From an uncultured Spirochaetota bacterium (lineage in GTDB: Bacteria; Spirochaetota; Spirochaetia; SZUA-6; Fen-1364): 64,000 nt of DNA. Shown piece after piece: positions 38,796-48,624 of this stretch. The position numbers and the translations under genes are program-made. Where the stretch lies: assembly GCA_963745235.1 (NCBI GenBank), contig CAVUXE010000035.1, forward strand, positions 224,001 to 288,000. Direction: 5' to 3'. The notes under the pieces are model-generated. The model saw nothing but the letters and a program-made list of their open reading frames with translations, was not told where the DNA came from and did not search any database. Within the stretch, counting starts at the first letter, position 1, and every line of letters begins with the position of its first letter.

Positions 38796-39724
38796 CAGAG
38801 TCCTTCCTCTCGTCGTCCTCTTCGGACCGACAGCCGCGGGAAAGTCCGAAATCCTTCCCTCCCTTTTCGATCAGCGCTTCGAGATCATCAACGCCGACTC
38901 CATGCAGGTGTATCGCCATCTGAACGTGGGCACCGCAAAGCCAGGCCGGGATCTCCGTGACAGGTTCCCGCACCACCTCATAGACGTGGTGGACCCGTCC
39001 CACCAGTTCAACGCCGGTGAGTTCGTGAAGGCGGCGCAGGACCTTGTCCGGCAGATCAGCGCCCGGGGGAGAGTCCCCGTGGTCTGCGGCGGCACGGCGT
39101 TCTATATCACGAGCTTCCTCTATGGCCTGCCCGGAGTCACCCAAAGGGGACCCGCGGACGCGTGAGCGGCTTCGAGAGCTTGCGCGGGTGGAAGGGCGCG
39201 ATGCTCTTGCGCGCATGCTGCGCGAACGCGACCCTGAGGCAGCGGATCGCATCCCCCCCGCGGATACCTACAGGATCACGCGGGCCCTGGAGGTTCTGGA
39301 GTCCACCGGGGAGTCAGTCTATTCTTTTCGCTGGCCACGGACCCTGCGAACTGATTTCCAGTTCCTTCTCCTGGGCCTCACGCGCGAGAGGGATGAGCTT
39401 TACCGGCGGATCGAGCAGCGAGTCGACAGGATGTTCTCCGAAGGGCTCCTGGAAGAGATCAAGGGGCTTCTGTCCATGGGGTACGGGCCGTCTGATCCTG
39501 GCATGCGCGGGATCGGGTACCGCGAGATTCTTGGCATGCGAAGCGGCTGCGCGACCCTGGCCGATGCCCGTGACCTCATCAAGCGGAACTCCCGCAGATA
39601 CGCGAAGCGCCAGCTCACGTTCTTCAAATCCGTTCGCGGCGTGATCTGGTTCGACCCGTCGGAGGCGCCGAAAATCCGAGCGGCAATAGAAGCCTTCGTC
39701 TCTCCCCTCCTCCCTGCCTATTGA
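38788..39724 (+). CDS. miaA: tRNA dimethylallyltransferase, frameshift at ~39131; start codon uncertain
   Basis: GPTAAGKS, IINADSMQVY, HHLID, GGTAFY; then RALEV, GIGYRE, RRYAKRQLTFF. Confidence 0.92.
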
Positions 39725-39812
39725 CCACTGCCCGGCAAAAAGCGCATAGTGCTTCGACAATGTTGGGAGCTGCGGCTTTGTCGCGGCACCAGAGTCGAAA
39801 GGAGTAGGCCCT

Positions 39813-39908
39813 GTGCCCTGTGGTAGGAAAAGAAAGCGACACAAGATTGCCACCCATAAGAGGAAGAAAAAGCTGAGGGCCAACCGGCACAAGAAGAAGC
39901 TGCGCTAG
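39813..39908 (+). CDS. Small ribosomal protein bS22-like (AURKAIP1/COX24 domain), MPCGRKRKRHKIATHKRKKKLRANRHKKKLR
   Basis: Not in the ORF track. SD AAAGGAG and GTG start; matches the Bacteroidota/spirochete bS22 pattern MP(S/C)G(K/R)KRKRHK.ATHKRKK.LR.NRHKKK. Confidence 0.88.
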   Translation: MPCGRKRKRHKIATHKRKKKLRANRHKKKLR

Positions 39909-39956
39909 CGCCGGGGGGAAGCCCCGCGGCGCAAGCGCACTCCGGGAGGAGCGTCG

Positions 39957-40724
39957 GTGAAAGGCGTACGGATAGCGGTCTTGCTCCTGCTTGCAGCCGC
40001 ATTTGGCGCGGGAGCAGAAAGCCTGTGGTCGCCCGGGTTCAAGGGCTACCTTTCAGGAGGCCGGGGGCCCGCCGTCGGTGACGTCCTGATCATCCAGATC
40101 GACGCTTCCTCCTCGCTTTCCTTCACGTCTTCGAGCAACGACGCGAAAAATCTCACCCTCGAGTTTTCCGGCGGAGAGTCGGGAAACCTGTTCTCTTTTC
40201 TGCCCCAGGTGCGCGCAACGGGCTCTCGGAGCACGACCGGCCGGGATGTTCTCAGTCTCAAGACGGAAATCCCCGCCGTGGTTACCGCGGTCAACCCTGA
40301 CGGAACGGCGCAGGTCCAGGGAAGCAGAACGGTTTCCGTGGAGGGAAAGGACGAGTCTGTGACCGTGAGCGGCTCGGTCTCTCCGGGCCTGGTGGATCAG
40401 AAAGGATCGGTTCCTTTCTCCCGACTGGCCAACTCCAGACTTGTGTACAGGACATTCCTTACCTCCAACCAGGACGTGCTGTCCCCCGCGGATCTGCGGC
40501 AGCTCCTTGCCCCTGCGCCCGCTGCCGCGGCTCCCGTCGCGCCCGCTGCCGCCGCTGCACCAGCGGGGACTGCCCCCGGCGCGCCGCCGGCGCCCGGGGC
40601 AACTCCGGGGGCGGCCGCGGCGCAGCCGACAGCCGCGCCAGGGCTCACAATAACGGACGCGAAAAAGCGGCAACTGCTTCTCCTCTACCTCAACCGCCTC
40701 ATCGACGTAGTTTTCCCGCAGTGA
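39957..40724 (+). CDS. FlgH (flagellar L-ring)-like exported protein with Ala/Pro-rich insert
   Basis: Signal peptide, ESLW...VGDVLIIQI, AVVTAVNPDG.AQVQGSRTVSVEG...VTVSGSV. Confidence 0.65.
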   Translation: MKGVRIAVLLLLAAAFGAGAESLWSPGFKGYLSGGRGPAVGDVLIIQIDASSSLSFTSSSNDAKNLTLEFSGGESGNLFSFLPQVRATGSRSTTGRDVLSLKTEIPAVVTAVNPDGTAQVQGSRTVSVEGKDESVTVSGSVSPGLVDQKGSVPFSRLANSRLVYRTFLTSNQDVLSPADLRQLLAPAPAAAAPVAPAAAAAPAGTAPGAPPAPGATPGAAAAQPTAAPGLTITDAKKRQLLLLYLNRLIDVVFPQ

Positions 40725-40759
40725 GCGCCTGCGCGGCCCCGCCGGGAACAGCGCCGACC

Positions 40760-40789
40760 TTGACCCTCGTGGAAGCGCGCTGTTAGAAT
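40760..40789 (+). promoter_or_regulatory. Sigma70 promoter (extended -10) immediately before folP
   Basis: TTGACC-18nt-TAGAAT with TGn; 6 nt before GTG 40796. Confidence 0.6.
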
Positions 40790-40795
40790 CCCCCC

Positions 40796-42019
40796 GTGGC
40801 GTCGACCTACCTGCGCTCGTCCGAGACCAACGCGCATCCCATAGCCATCGGCTCTGCGAATGATCTCAAGAGGCATCTTGCCGAGATCGACGTGTCGGAC
40901 GACGAGATCGAGAAGATCTCCGACATGTTTCTCTACTGCACCGTGAAGCTTGAAGCCATTGACACCCGGGCCGCCAACCTCATGAAGACCAGGATCGAGA
41001 ACCTGGGCGGCGCCATTGCGATGCGCAAGGAGGCTCACGAGTTCACCGTCCGGGAGACAGACGTCGTGATTTCCGGCAGCAGGCACACGCTGCGGGTGCT
41101 GGCCACCAGCCTGAAGGGAGAGCCTTTTGGACTGGACGGCATTGCCGCGGAGATCGCCGCCTGCATCTCCACCGGCGCGCGCATCATGTCCTGGGGCACC
41201 CGGACCCTCGACTTCACCAGCAAGACCTACGTGATGGGGATCCTCAATTGCACCCCTGATTCTTTCTATCCCGGAAGCCGGGCTGTCACCATCAAGGACG
41301 CGTTGAAAGCCGCGCGGGAGATGATTGACGCCGGAGTCGACATCATCGACGTGGGCGGGGAATCCACGCGTCCGGGCTCCGACCCGGTTCCTCTCGAAGA
41401 GGAGATTCGCCGGGTCATTCCGGTGGTGCAGTCTCTGCGCTCCGAATCTGAGGTCATGATCTCCGTCGACACGAGGAAGAAGGACGTTGCTGAAAGGTCC
41501 CTGGACGCCGGGGCGGACATCATCAACGACATTTCCGGACTGAGGCACAGCGAGGACCTGGCCAGGCTGGTGGCCGCGCGAAAGGTGCCGGTGGTCCTGA
41601 TGCACATGCGGGGAACGCCCAAGACCATGCAGCGCCAGCCCCACTACCAGAACACCATCAGCGAGATCCTGCGCGAGCTGCAGCCGCCAATTGCCGCGGC
41701 CATTGGCGCCGGAATAGATCCCGCCATGCTCATCATCGACCCTGGCATCGGCTTCGGCAAACGGATCCAGGACAACCTGCGCATCATCAAAGAGCTCGCG
41801 TCCCTGAAATCGCTCAACTTTCCCATCCTCATTGGCCTGTCACGAAAGAGCTTCATCGGGGAGATCCTGGACAAGCCCGTGGAGAAAAGGCTCATTGGCA
41901 CCATCACCGCCAACACCCTCGCAATCATCAACGGTGCCAACATCATCCGTGTCCATGACGTCAGCGATGCGGTTGAGATGGTAAAGATCATAGAGTCAGT
42001 GCGAAAGATCGGGACATAA
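40796..42019 (+). CDS. folP: Dihydropteroate synthase with N-terminal extension
   Basis: VMGILNCTPDSF, DVGGESTRPG, ISVDT, DPGIGFGK, GLSRKSF, IRVHDV. Confidence 0.95.
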   Translation: MASTYLRSSETNAHPIAIGSANDLKRHLAEIDVSDDEIEKISDMFLYCTVKLEAIDTRAANLMKTRIENLGGAIAMRKEAHEFTVRETDVVISGSRHTLRVLATSLKGEPFGLDGIAAEIAACISTGARIMSWGTRTLDFTSKTYVMGILNCTPDSFYPGSRAVTIKDALKAAREMIDAGVDIIDVGGESTRPGSDPVPLEEEIRRVIPVVQSLRSESEVMISVDTRKKDVAERSLDAGADIINDISGLRHSEDLARLVAARKVPVVLMHMRGTPKTMQRQPHYQNTISEILRELQPPIAAAIGAGIDPAMLIIDPGIGFGKRIQDNLRIIKELASLKSLNFPILIGLSRKSFIGEILDKPVEKRLIGTITANTLAIINGANIIRVHDVSDAVEMVKIIESVRKIGT

Positions 42020-42029
42020 GGGAGAGCCG

Positions 42030-42815
42030 GTGGATCAGCTCCTGAACACGTGGGTCGCGCGGGAGGTCGTGCGGCCGGTCCTGGACGTCCTCATGCTCGC
42101 CTACCTCCTCTACAAGAGCTGGCAGATCCTCGTGCAGACCCGCGCGGTGCAGCTCCTCAAGGGCACCATCGTGATGGTGCTGATCTATGCCGTGTCGTTC
42201 TTTCTGCGCCTTACTACGCTCCTGTGGATCCTGAATGTCCTGGTGCCCGGCCTCGTTATTGCAATTGCAATCGTCTTCCAGCCGGAGCTGCGAAAGATCT
42301 TTACCCAGATCGGCAGCCGAGAGTGGTTTCGCCCGGGGGCCAGGGCGGGGACGCTGCGGGTGGAAAGCCTCCTCAACGCCGTCCAGCTCCTCTCAGCCCG
42401 TCGACGTGGCGCTCTGATTGTCCTTCCGCGCCGGGTCGGGGTGAAGAACATCGTCCAGACCGGCACCATACTGAATGCGGAGATTTCTACCAACCTGATC
42501 ATGACCATTTTCTACGACGGAACCGCGCTTCACGATGGTGCCATGATCATAGAGGGGGACCGGATCGTCGCTGCCGGCTGCTTCCTTCCCCTTTCGCAGC
42601 GGGAGGACGTGGAAAGCGCGTTCGGCGCCAGGCATCGGGCAGCCCTGGGCCTGGCGGAGGAAAGCGATGCGCTGGTGGTGGTGATCTCGGAGGAGAACGG
42701 CGCAGTTTCCCTGGCCCAGGACGGCAATATCCGCTACAACATCGGCCTCCCCGAGGTTGAGGCCGGCATCAGGAGCCTGCTGCCCCTGACCAGGCCGGAG
42801 GGGAAGTCCCCATGA
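42030..42815 (+). CDS. cdaA: Diadenylate cyclase
   Basis: Three TM helices, VFQPELR, LHDGA, GARHRAA, SEENG. Confidence 0.95.
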   Translation: MDQLLNTWVAREVVRPVLDVLMLAYLLYKSWQILVQTRAVQLLKGTIVMVLIYAVSFFLRLTTLLWILNVLVPGLVIAIAIVFQPELRKIFTQIGSREWFRPGARAGTLRVESLLNAVQLLSARRRGALIVLPRRVGVKNIVQTGTILNAEISTNLIMTIFYDGTALHDGAMIIEGDRIVAAGCFLPLSQREDVESAFGARHRAALGLAEESDALVVVISEENGAVSLAQDGNIRYNIGLPEVEAGIRSLLPLTRPEGKSP

Positions 42816-43759
42816 ACAGCAGGGGATTCCTGCACGCCCTCCTGTCGGACCTTCCGGTCAAGGTGATCTGTCTCACCGCCGCCGTGATCCTGTTCCTCTT
42901 CCACCGGGTCAACACCATGACGGAGCGCTTCTTCAGCGTTCCCCTGGAGGTCAGCACCCCGCCGGGTCTTGCGATAGCATCCCCGTACCCCAAGACCGTG
43001 CGGATCACGCTTCGGGGTTCAGAGGATGCAATCTACCCGATATTGGAGGAGGACATTGAGGCCACCGCGGACCTCGAGTCCCATAAGAGCCAGGGTGTGT
43101 TTCGGGCGCCCGTCAGGATTTCCCGTCGGGGAACCGCGGCGAACGTCGAGCCGCTGGAGATCAAGGTCGAGCCCCAGGATGTCGCGTTCACACTGGAGCC
43201 GCTTGCGGAGCGAAAGGTGAATGTTTCGCCGGATCTGCGCGGGTCCCCCGCCTACGGGTACGAGATGGTCCAGTCCAGCGTGACGCCGCCGACCATGCTG
43301 GTGCGCGGCGCGCGAAGCCGGGTTCAGACGCTTACATCGTTGTCAACGGAGGAGATTGACCTTTCGGGCCACGCCACCAGCTTCACCACCCGCGTCAAGA
43401 TACTTGCCCCCAGCTCGCTGGTCCGGATTGTCGGGGACCCGTCCGCGGATTTCCACGCGATCATCCAGGAGTCCATCGGCGCGAGGACTTTTGACAGCGT
43501 GCCGATTGTCGGCTCCGACATCGGGCCGCACCTGGCCCTGAAATCGACCCTGCCCCTGGGGATGGTGTCGCTGCAGGGCGCGCAGCTCGCCCTGGACGGG
43601 GTCCGAGCGGAGCAGGTGAGCCTGCTCATCGATTTTTCCTCCATCCACAGGGCCGGTCAGTACACGCTTCACCCCCGGCCCGAAGCGCCCCCCGGCTTCT
43701 CCGTCCTGGACTGGACGCCGCGGGAGGTGACCGTGGATCTGGCCTCGTCGGGTCGATAG
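42812..43759 (+). CDS. cdaR: CdaR/YbbR-like protein
   Basis: Single TM followed by YbbR-type repeats; downstream of cdaA. Confidence 0.85.
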   Translation: MNSRGFLHALLSDLPVKVICLTAAVILFLFHRVNTMTERFFSVPLEVSTPPGLAIASPYPKTVRITLRGSEDAIYPILEEDIEATADLESHKSQGVFRAPVRISRRGTAANVEPLEIKVEPQDVAFTLEPLAERKVNVSPDLRGSPAYGYEMVQSSVTPPTMLVRGARSRVQTLTSLSTEEIDLSGHATSFTTRVKILAPSSLVRIVGDPSADFHAIIQESIGARTFDSVPIVGSDIGPHLALKSTLPLGMVSLQGAQLALDGVRAEQVSLLIDFSSIHRAGQYTLHPRPEAPPGFSVLDWTPREVTVDLASSGR

Positions 43760-43770
43760 GAGGTGCAGCC

Positions 43771-44151
43771 GTGATCCTGGGAGTTGGCATCGACGTCGTT
43801 CACGTGGAACGCATCCGCAGGTGGCGGAGAATCGAAGGCCTCTACGAGAGGTTCTTCCATGCCGAGGAGCTGGCCGCCGCGCTTCCCCGGGGGGAGACGG
43901 GGATCCTGTCCCTGGCCGCGCGTTTTGCGGCCAAGGAGGCTTTCGGAAAGGCCATCGGTTCAGGCCTCCGCCATTTCGCCCTCCGGGACATCGCCGTGCT
44001 CAACGACTCCCACGGGAAGCCGTTCATGATGCTCACGGGCGGGGCGGAAGCGGCGTTCAAGGATTTTGGAGGGAGCCGGCTCGTGTGCTCTCTTTCCCAC
44101 GAGAAAGAAAACGCGCTCGCCGTGGTCCTCATCGAGGGAGACCCCCGGTGA
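43771..44151 (+). CDS. acpS: Holo-ACP synthase
   Basis: GVGIDVV, LAARFAAKEAFGKA, SLSHE. Confidence 0.95.
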   Translation: MILGVGIDVVHVERIRRWRRIEGLYERFFHAEELAAALPRGETGILSLAARFAAKEAFGKAIGSGLRHFALRDIAVLNDSHGKPFMMLTGGAEAAFKDFGGSRLVCSLSHEKENALAVVLIEGDPR

Positions 44152-45032
44152 TGGAAGCCCAGAAGCTCACTTTCTTCGAGAAGAAACAGACGGTGTGCCC
44201 TGTCTGTGACACCAAGTTCTTCCGGGAAGATCTCCTCTCCGGGGGAGGAAGGCTCATTGCAGGGGACCTCGACCCCGAGCTGAGGCGCCGCTACGAGCCG
44301 TCCAAGAAGTTCGGCGAGGTATCTCCCCTCCTGTATCCGGTGACGGTCTGTCCGATCTGCTATTTTTCCACCTTTGCCCAGGACTTCGAGACGGCTCCGG
44401 AAAAGAACCTGCGAAAGGCGGAGCAGAATACCGAGGAAAGGCGACAGGGCGCCGCGCTGCTTTTCCCGCAGCTGGACTTCACCGCGCCGCGGACGCTGTT
44501 CGAAGGAACGGCAAGCTATTTCTTCGCCGCCGCCTGCTACGACTTCCACGACAAGAAAGCGAACCCCACCTACAAGTCCGCGCTGTGCTCCCTGAGGGCC
44601 GCCTGGCTGCTGGGAGACCTCCACGCAAAGTTCCCGGGCGACAACTGGGACTACGCGTCGCTGCTCTTTTACCGCAAGGCCCGCTTCTACTACCGCATGG
44701 CCCTTGAAAGGGAAAGCGCCGGCCAGGAGGCCTTCGATTCCAACCTCGCGTTCGGCCCGGACCTCGACAAGAACTACGGGTACTACGGGGTCATCTACCT
44801 TGCCGCGTACCTGGATTTCCGCTACGGCGCGGCTCATGATCCCGAAAAGAGGGCGTTCGAGCTGCAAAACGCCCGGCGGATGATGGCCAAGATCTTCGGC
44901 GTCGGAAAGTCTTCCAAGAACAAGCCGTCGGTCCTCCTGGACAAGGCGAAGGAGATCTACGAGCAGATGGGAGAACAGCTGGCGCGGCTCAGGCCGGAGA
45001 CCGAAAGCGCGGACCTGGGAGCAGATGACTGA
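44151..45032 (+). CDS. DUF2225 domain protein
   Basis: CPVC...YPVTVCPICY...LRAAWL; conserved position between acpS and truA. Confidence 0.85.
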   Translation: MEAQKLTFFEKKQTVCPVCDTKFFREDLLSGGGRLIAGDLDPELRRRYEPSKKFGEVSPLLYPVTVCPICYFSTFAQDFETAPEKNLRKAEQNTEERRQGAALLFPQLDFTAPRTLFEGTASYFFAAACYDFHDKKANPTYKSALCSLRAAWLLGDLHAKFPGDNWDYASLLFYRKARFYYRMALERESAGQEAFDSNLAFGPDLDKNYGYYGVIYLAAYLDFRYGAAHDPEKRAFELQNARRMMAKIFGVGKSSKNKPSVLLDKAKEIYEQMGEQLARLRPETESADLGADD

Positions 45033-45867
45033 AACGCCCGTCGCGCCGGAGAGGAACATCAAGCTGACCGTTGCATACGACGGGACCGATTTCCTGGGCT
45101 GGCAGCTCCAGAGGAAAGGCCGCACCGTCCAGGGGGTGATGCAGGACGGCCTGGGACGGATGCACGGCCATCCCGTGCACGTCCTGGCGGCGGGGCGGAC
45201 GGACTCCGGGGTCCATGCAACCGGCCAGGTTGCAAACTTCCACACGGACATCCACTCCATCCCCCCGGAACGGTTCCGCGATGCGGTCAACTCCTTTCTC
45301 CCCCGCGACGTGCGCGTCGTGGCGAGCGAGGATGTGGGGCCCGGTTTCCACGCGCGCAGGTCAGCGCGGCTGCGAGTCTATCGCTATTACATCGTGAACG
45401 GACCCATCCTCCTCCCGCACCTTCGAAACTATCGCCACTGGGTCAGGCGCGCGCTCGACTTGAAGCGCCTGAACGAGATGGCATCCGTGCTCGTCGGTGA
45501 GCACGACTTTTCCTGCTTCTCCGCCGAAGGGGATGCCAACGTCTCCAAAGTGCGCCAGGTCATGGTATCCTCGTTCCACGTGGAGGGGGACACACTTGTC
45601 TACACGATCGCCGCGTCGTCATTTCTCTGGAAGATGGTGAGGTCGGTGATCGGGACGTTTCTCATGCTGGACGAGCAGGGGCTGGGCGCTCCCGAGATGC
45701 TGCGGATCATCGACTCGCGTCTTCGATCCAATGCCGGCGGAACCGCTCCTGCGCGCGGATTGTTCCTCGAAAGGGTGCTCTATGAAGAGGTCAACGGAAT
45801 CCCTGCCCCGTCTCTGGAAGGCGCTGAACCTGCTCCAGGACTACGTGAGCACGGGGTTTTCCCGTAG
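45025..45867 (+). CDS. truA: tRNA pseudouridine(38-40) synthase
   Basis: YDGTDFLGWQ, AGRTDSGVHA, FLWKMVR, APARGLFL. Confidence 0.95.
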   Translation: MTETPVAPERNIKLTVAYDGTDFLGWQLQRKGRTVQGVMQDGLGRMHGHPVHVLAAGRTDSGVHATGQVANFHTDIHSIPPERFRDAVNSFLPRDVRVVASEDVGPGFHARRSARLRVYRYYIVNGPILLPHLRNYRHWVRRALDLKRLNEMASVLVGEHDFSCFSAEGDANVSKVRQVMVSSFHVEGDTLVYTIAASSFLWKMVRSVIGTFLMLDEQGLGAPEMLRIIDSRLRSNAGGTAPARGLFLERVLYEEVNGIPAPSLEGAEPAPGLREHGVFP

Positions 45868-46615
45868 CCATCCTGAGCTCGTCCTGACCCAGCCGCAGAA
45901 AGCGGTGACGCAGACGGCGGAGGCGCCCCGAGCCCAGCCGTCACGTGCGGAAGCGCCCCGGCCCGAGGCGCCACGCGCAGAAGTGGCGCGGCCCCAGCCC
46001 TCACGTACAGAAGCTCAGCCGCAGCCTGTTCAGGTGGCGCAAACCGCAGGCACTCCCGTTGACGACAGTCCTGACATCATTGCCGCGGAAATCGCCGCCT
46101 GCGTCAAATGCGAGCTGTGCGCAGGGAGAAAGACAACAGTGCCGGGAGAGGGCAGCCTGCGGCCGCCGGTGATGTTCGTGGGGGAGGGGCCCGGAGAGGA
46201 GGAAGACAGAACCGGACGGCCCTTTGTCGGGGCGGCGGGGCGTTACCTCGACAAGTGGATCCCGGCCATCGGGCTGAGCAGGGAAGAATGCTTTATTGCG
46301 AACGTGGTCAAGTGCAGGCCGCCGCGCAATCGCGAGCCGCATCCGGAAGAGATCACCGCGTGCCTGCCGTACCTCGAACGGCAGATCCGCGTCGTGAAGC
46401 CGCTCACCCTCTGCTGCCTGGGGCGGATCGCGGCTCACACGCTCCTGCAGACCACGGCGAGCCTCGGGGGCCTGCGCGGGAAGGTCCACCACTGGCAGGG
46501 CATCCCCCTTGTGGTCACCTATCACCCCAGCGCCGTCCTGCGGGACTCCACCCTGCGCAAGCCGGTCTGGGACGACCTGAAGCTCCTGAAGACCCTCATT
46601 CCCGCCCAGAAATGA
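45782..46615 (+). CDS. Uracil-DNA glycosylase family 4 with repetitive linker
   Basis: CVKCELC, VGEGPG, FVGAAG, NVVKCRPPRNR, TYHPSA. Confidence 0.92.
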   Translation: MKRSTESLPRLWKALNLLQDYVSTGFSRSHPELVLTQPQKAVTQTAEAPRAQPSRAEAPRPEAPRAEVARPQPSRTEAQPQPVQVAQTAGTPVDDSPDIIAAEIAACVKCELCAGRKTTVPGEGSLRPPVMFVGEGPGEEEDRTGRPFVGAAGRYLDKWIPAIGLSREECFIANVVKCRPPRNREPHPEEITACLPYLERQIRVVKPLTLCCLGRIAAHTLLQTTASLGGLRGKVHHWQGIPLVVTYHPSAVLRDSTLRKPVWDDLKLLKTLIPAQK

Positions 46616-48558
46616 GCCGATACATCGAGCTGGCCTTCAATCTCCCGGTGAAGCGCCAGTTCACGTACAGCGTCCCTGACGGCATGGAGGTCATGGTGGG
46701 ATGCCGGGTGAGCGCGCCATTCGGCTCACGCCAGCTCACCGGCCTCGTTGTCAGCACCCCCGCGGCGCCTCCGGAGGGAGTTGGCGAGATCAAGAGCGTG
46801 AAGCGTGTCATAGACAAGCAGGCGCTTGTGGATGATGCAACGCTGGACCTCGCCCGGTGGATGGCGCGCATGTACATGTGCTCGCTGGGGGAAGCTCTCT
46901 TCACCATCCTTCCCGGCGGACGCAGGGAGGGCGAATCGGATGATCTTCCCCCCGAAGATGATGTGCTGGAGCATGAGCTCGCTCCCCAGCAGCAAGACGC
47001 GGTTCGAGCAATAGAGGCCACCGACGGCGGGTCGTTCTATCTCTTCGGGGTCACGGGCTCCGGGAAGACCGACGTCTACCTGCACGCCGCCCGGAGCGTC
47101 ACGTCCCGCGGCAAGGGAGTGATCTACCTCGTTCCCGAGATTTCCCTCACGCACCAGGTGGTCAGGGTATTTCACCGGACCTACAAGAGCCGCCTTGCAG
47201 TGCTGCACTCCGGCCTTACCCCGTCGCAGCGGCTCTCGGAATGGCTTCGGGTCATGGGCGGCGATGTGGACGTGGTTATCGGCGCCCGCAGCGCGGTCTT
47301 TGCGCCCCTGCGCAGGCTCGGTCTCATTGTGATCGACGAGGAGCAGGAAGGCGCCTACAAGTCCGGAACGACCCCCCGTTACCACGCCCGCCAGGTCGCG
47401 ATGTACCGCGCAGCACGGGAGAAGGCGCGTCTCGTCATGGGCAGCGCAACTCCGTCCCTGGAGGCGTATCACTTCATGGGAGAAGGAAAGCTGGTTCCCC
47501 TGCGCATGCCGGATCGGCTGAGCGGGGGAGCAATGCCTTCCCTGGAGATCGTGGACATGCGCGCGCAGCAGGGCCCTCTCTCGCAGGCCTTGCTGGATGC
47601 GATATCCCGGACAGCTTCCGAGGGTCGGCAGGCCATCCTGTTCCTCAACAGGCGCGGATTTTCCTACCTCTTTCACTGCCGTTCGTGCGGGTACGAAATG
47701 GCATGCCCTCATTGCTCGGTGGCGATGACGTATCACAAGGAGCGCGGCAGGATGATCTGCCACTACTGCGGCTCATCAGCGGCTCCCATCACTGTCTGCC
47801 CCACGTGCGGCTCGCTTGACGTGGGCTACTCGGGGTTCGGAACGGAGGGAATTGAGGAGGAGCTGGCGCGCAACTTCCCCCAGCTTGTCGTTCGCCGCAT
47901 CGACACGGATGCGGTGCGAAAGAAGCGCGTGCTCCAGCAGCTGCTGAGCGACTTCAGAAAGGGCGCGGTCCAGGTGCTCGTCGGGACCCAGATGGTTGCA
48001 AAAGGGCTGGACTTTCCCGGTGTGAAGCTTGTGGGGATCATCAACGCGGACACGGGACTGCAGCTCCCCGATTTCCGGGCCGCAGAGAGGACGTTCAGCC
48101 TGCTTGTGCAGGTTGCAGGTCGGGCGGGAAGGGCGTTACCGGACGGCAAAGTGCTCATCCAGACTTTCCGGCCAGGCTCCCCATCAGTACGCCTGGCACA
48201 GCAGGGGAAGCTGGAAGAGTTCTACGCTGAAGAGCTCCAGGCCAGGAGGCAGCTTGGATTTCCTCCTTTCAGCAGGCTCATCCGTGTCCTCCTGCGGGGG
48301 CGGAACAGGCAAAAGACGCTCGCGGCAATCAACGAGCTTACCGCTGAGCTCTCCACCCGGCTCGCGGAGACTGCCGAGACCATGGGTCCCGCGGAGTGCC
48401 CCCTGGCCAGGATTTCGGGCAACTACAGGTACCACACCATCCTGCGCACGCTCAGGTTCTCCGAAGCGCACTCCCGCGTAAGTCGGGTTCTGGAAACCTG
48501 GCGAGCGCCCGGCGGAGTGTATGTCGAGGTCGACGTGGACCCGCAGGCGCTCCTGTAG
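46612..48558 (+). CDS. priA: Primosomal protein N'
   Basis: GVTGSGKT, IDEEQ, SATPS, Zn-finger CxxC pairs, QVAGRAGR, DVDP. Confidence 0.96.
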   Translation: MSRYIELAFNLPVKRQFTYSVPDGMEVMVGCRVSAPFGSRQLTGLVVSTPAAPPEGVGEIKSVKRVIDKQALVDDATLDLARWMARMYMCSLGEALFTILPGGRREGESDDLPPEDDVLEHELAPQQQDAVRAIEATDGGSFYLFGVTGSGKTDVYLHAARSVTSRGKGVIYLVPEISLTHQVVRVFHRTYKSRLAVLHSGLTPSQRLSEWLRVMGGDVDVVIGARSAVFAPLRRLGLIVIDEEQEGAYKSGTTPRYHARQVAMYRAAREKARLVMGSATPSLEAYHFMGEGKLVPLRMPDRLSGGAMPSLEIVDMRAQQGPLSQALLDAISRTASEGRQAILFLNRRGFSYLFHCRSCGYEMACPHCSVAMTYHKERGRMICHYCGSSAAPITVCPTCGSLDVGYSGFGTEGIEEELARNFPQLVVRRIDTDAVRKKRVLQQLLSDFRKGAVQVLVGTQMVAKGLDFPGVKLVGIINADTGLQLPDFRAAERTFSLLVQVAGRAGRALPDGKVLIQTFRPGSPSVRLAQQGKLEEFYAEELQARRQLGFPPFSRLIRVLLRGRNRQKTLAAINELTAELSTRLAETAETMGPAECPLARISGNYRYHTILRTLRFSEAHSRVSRVLETWRAPGGVYVEVDVDPQALL

Positions 48559-48624
48559 CCATCGCTTCCACTTGGCTCAATTGGCCGTTTTTACTACTAT
48601 TGACGTGGAAAGCGATTAGACCCG

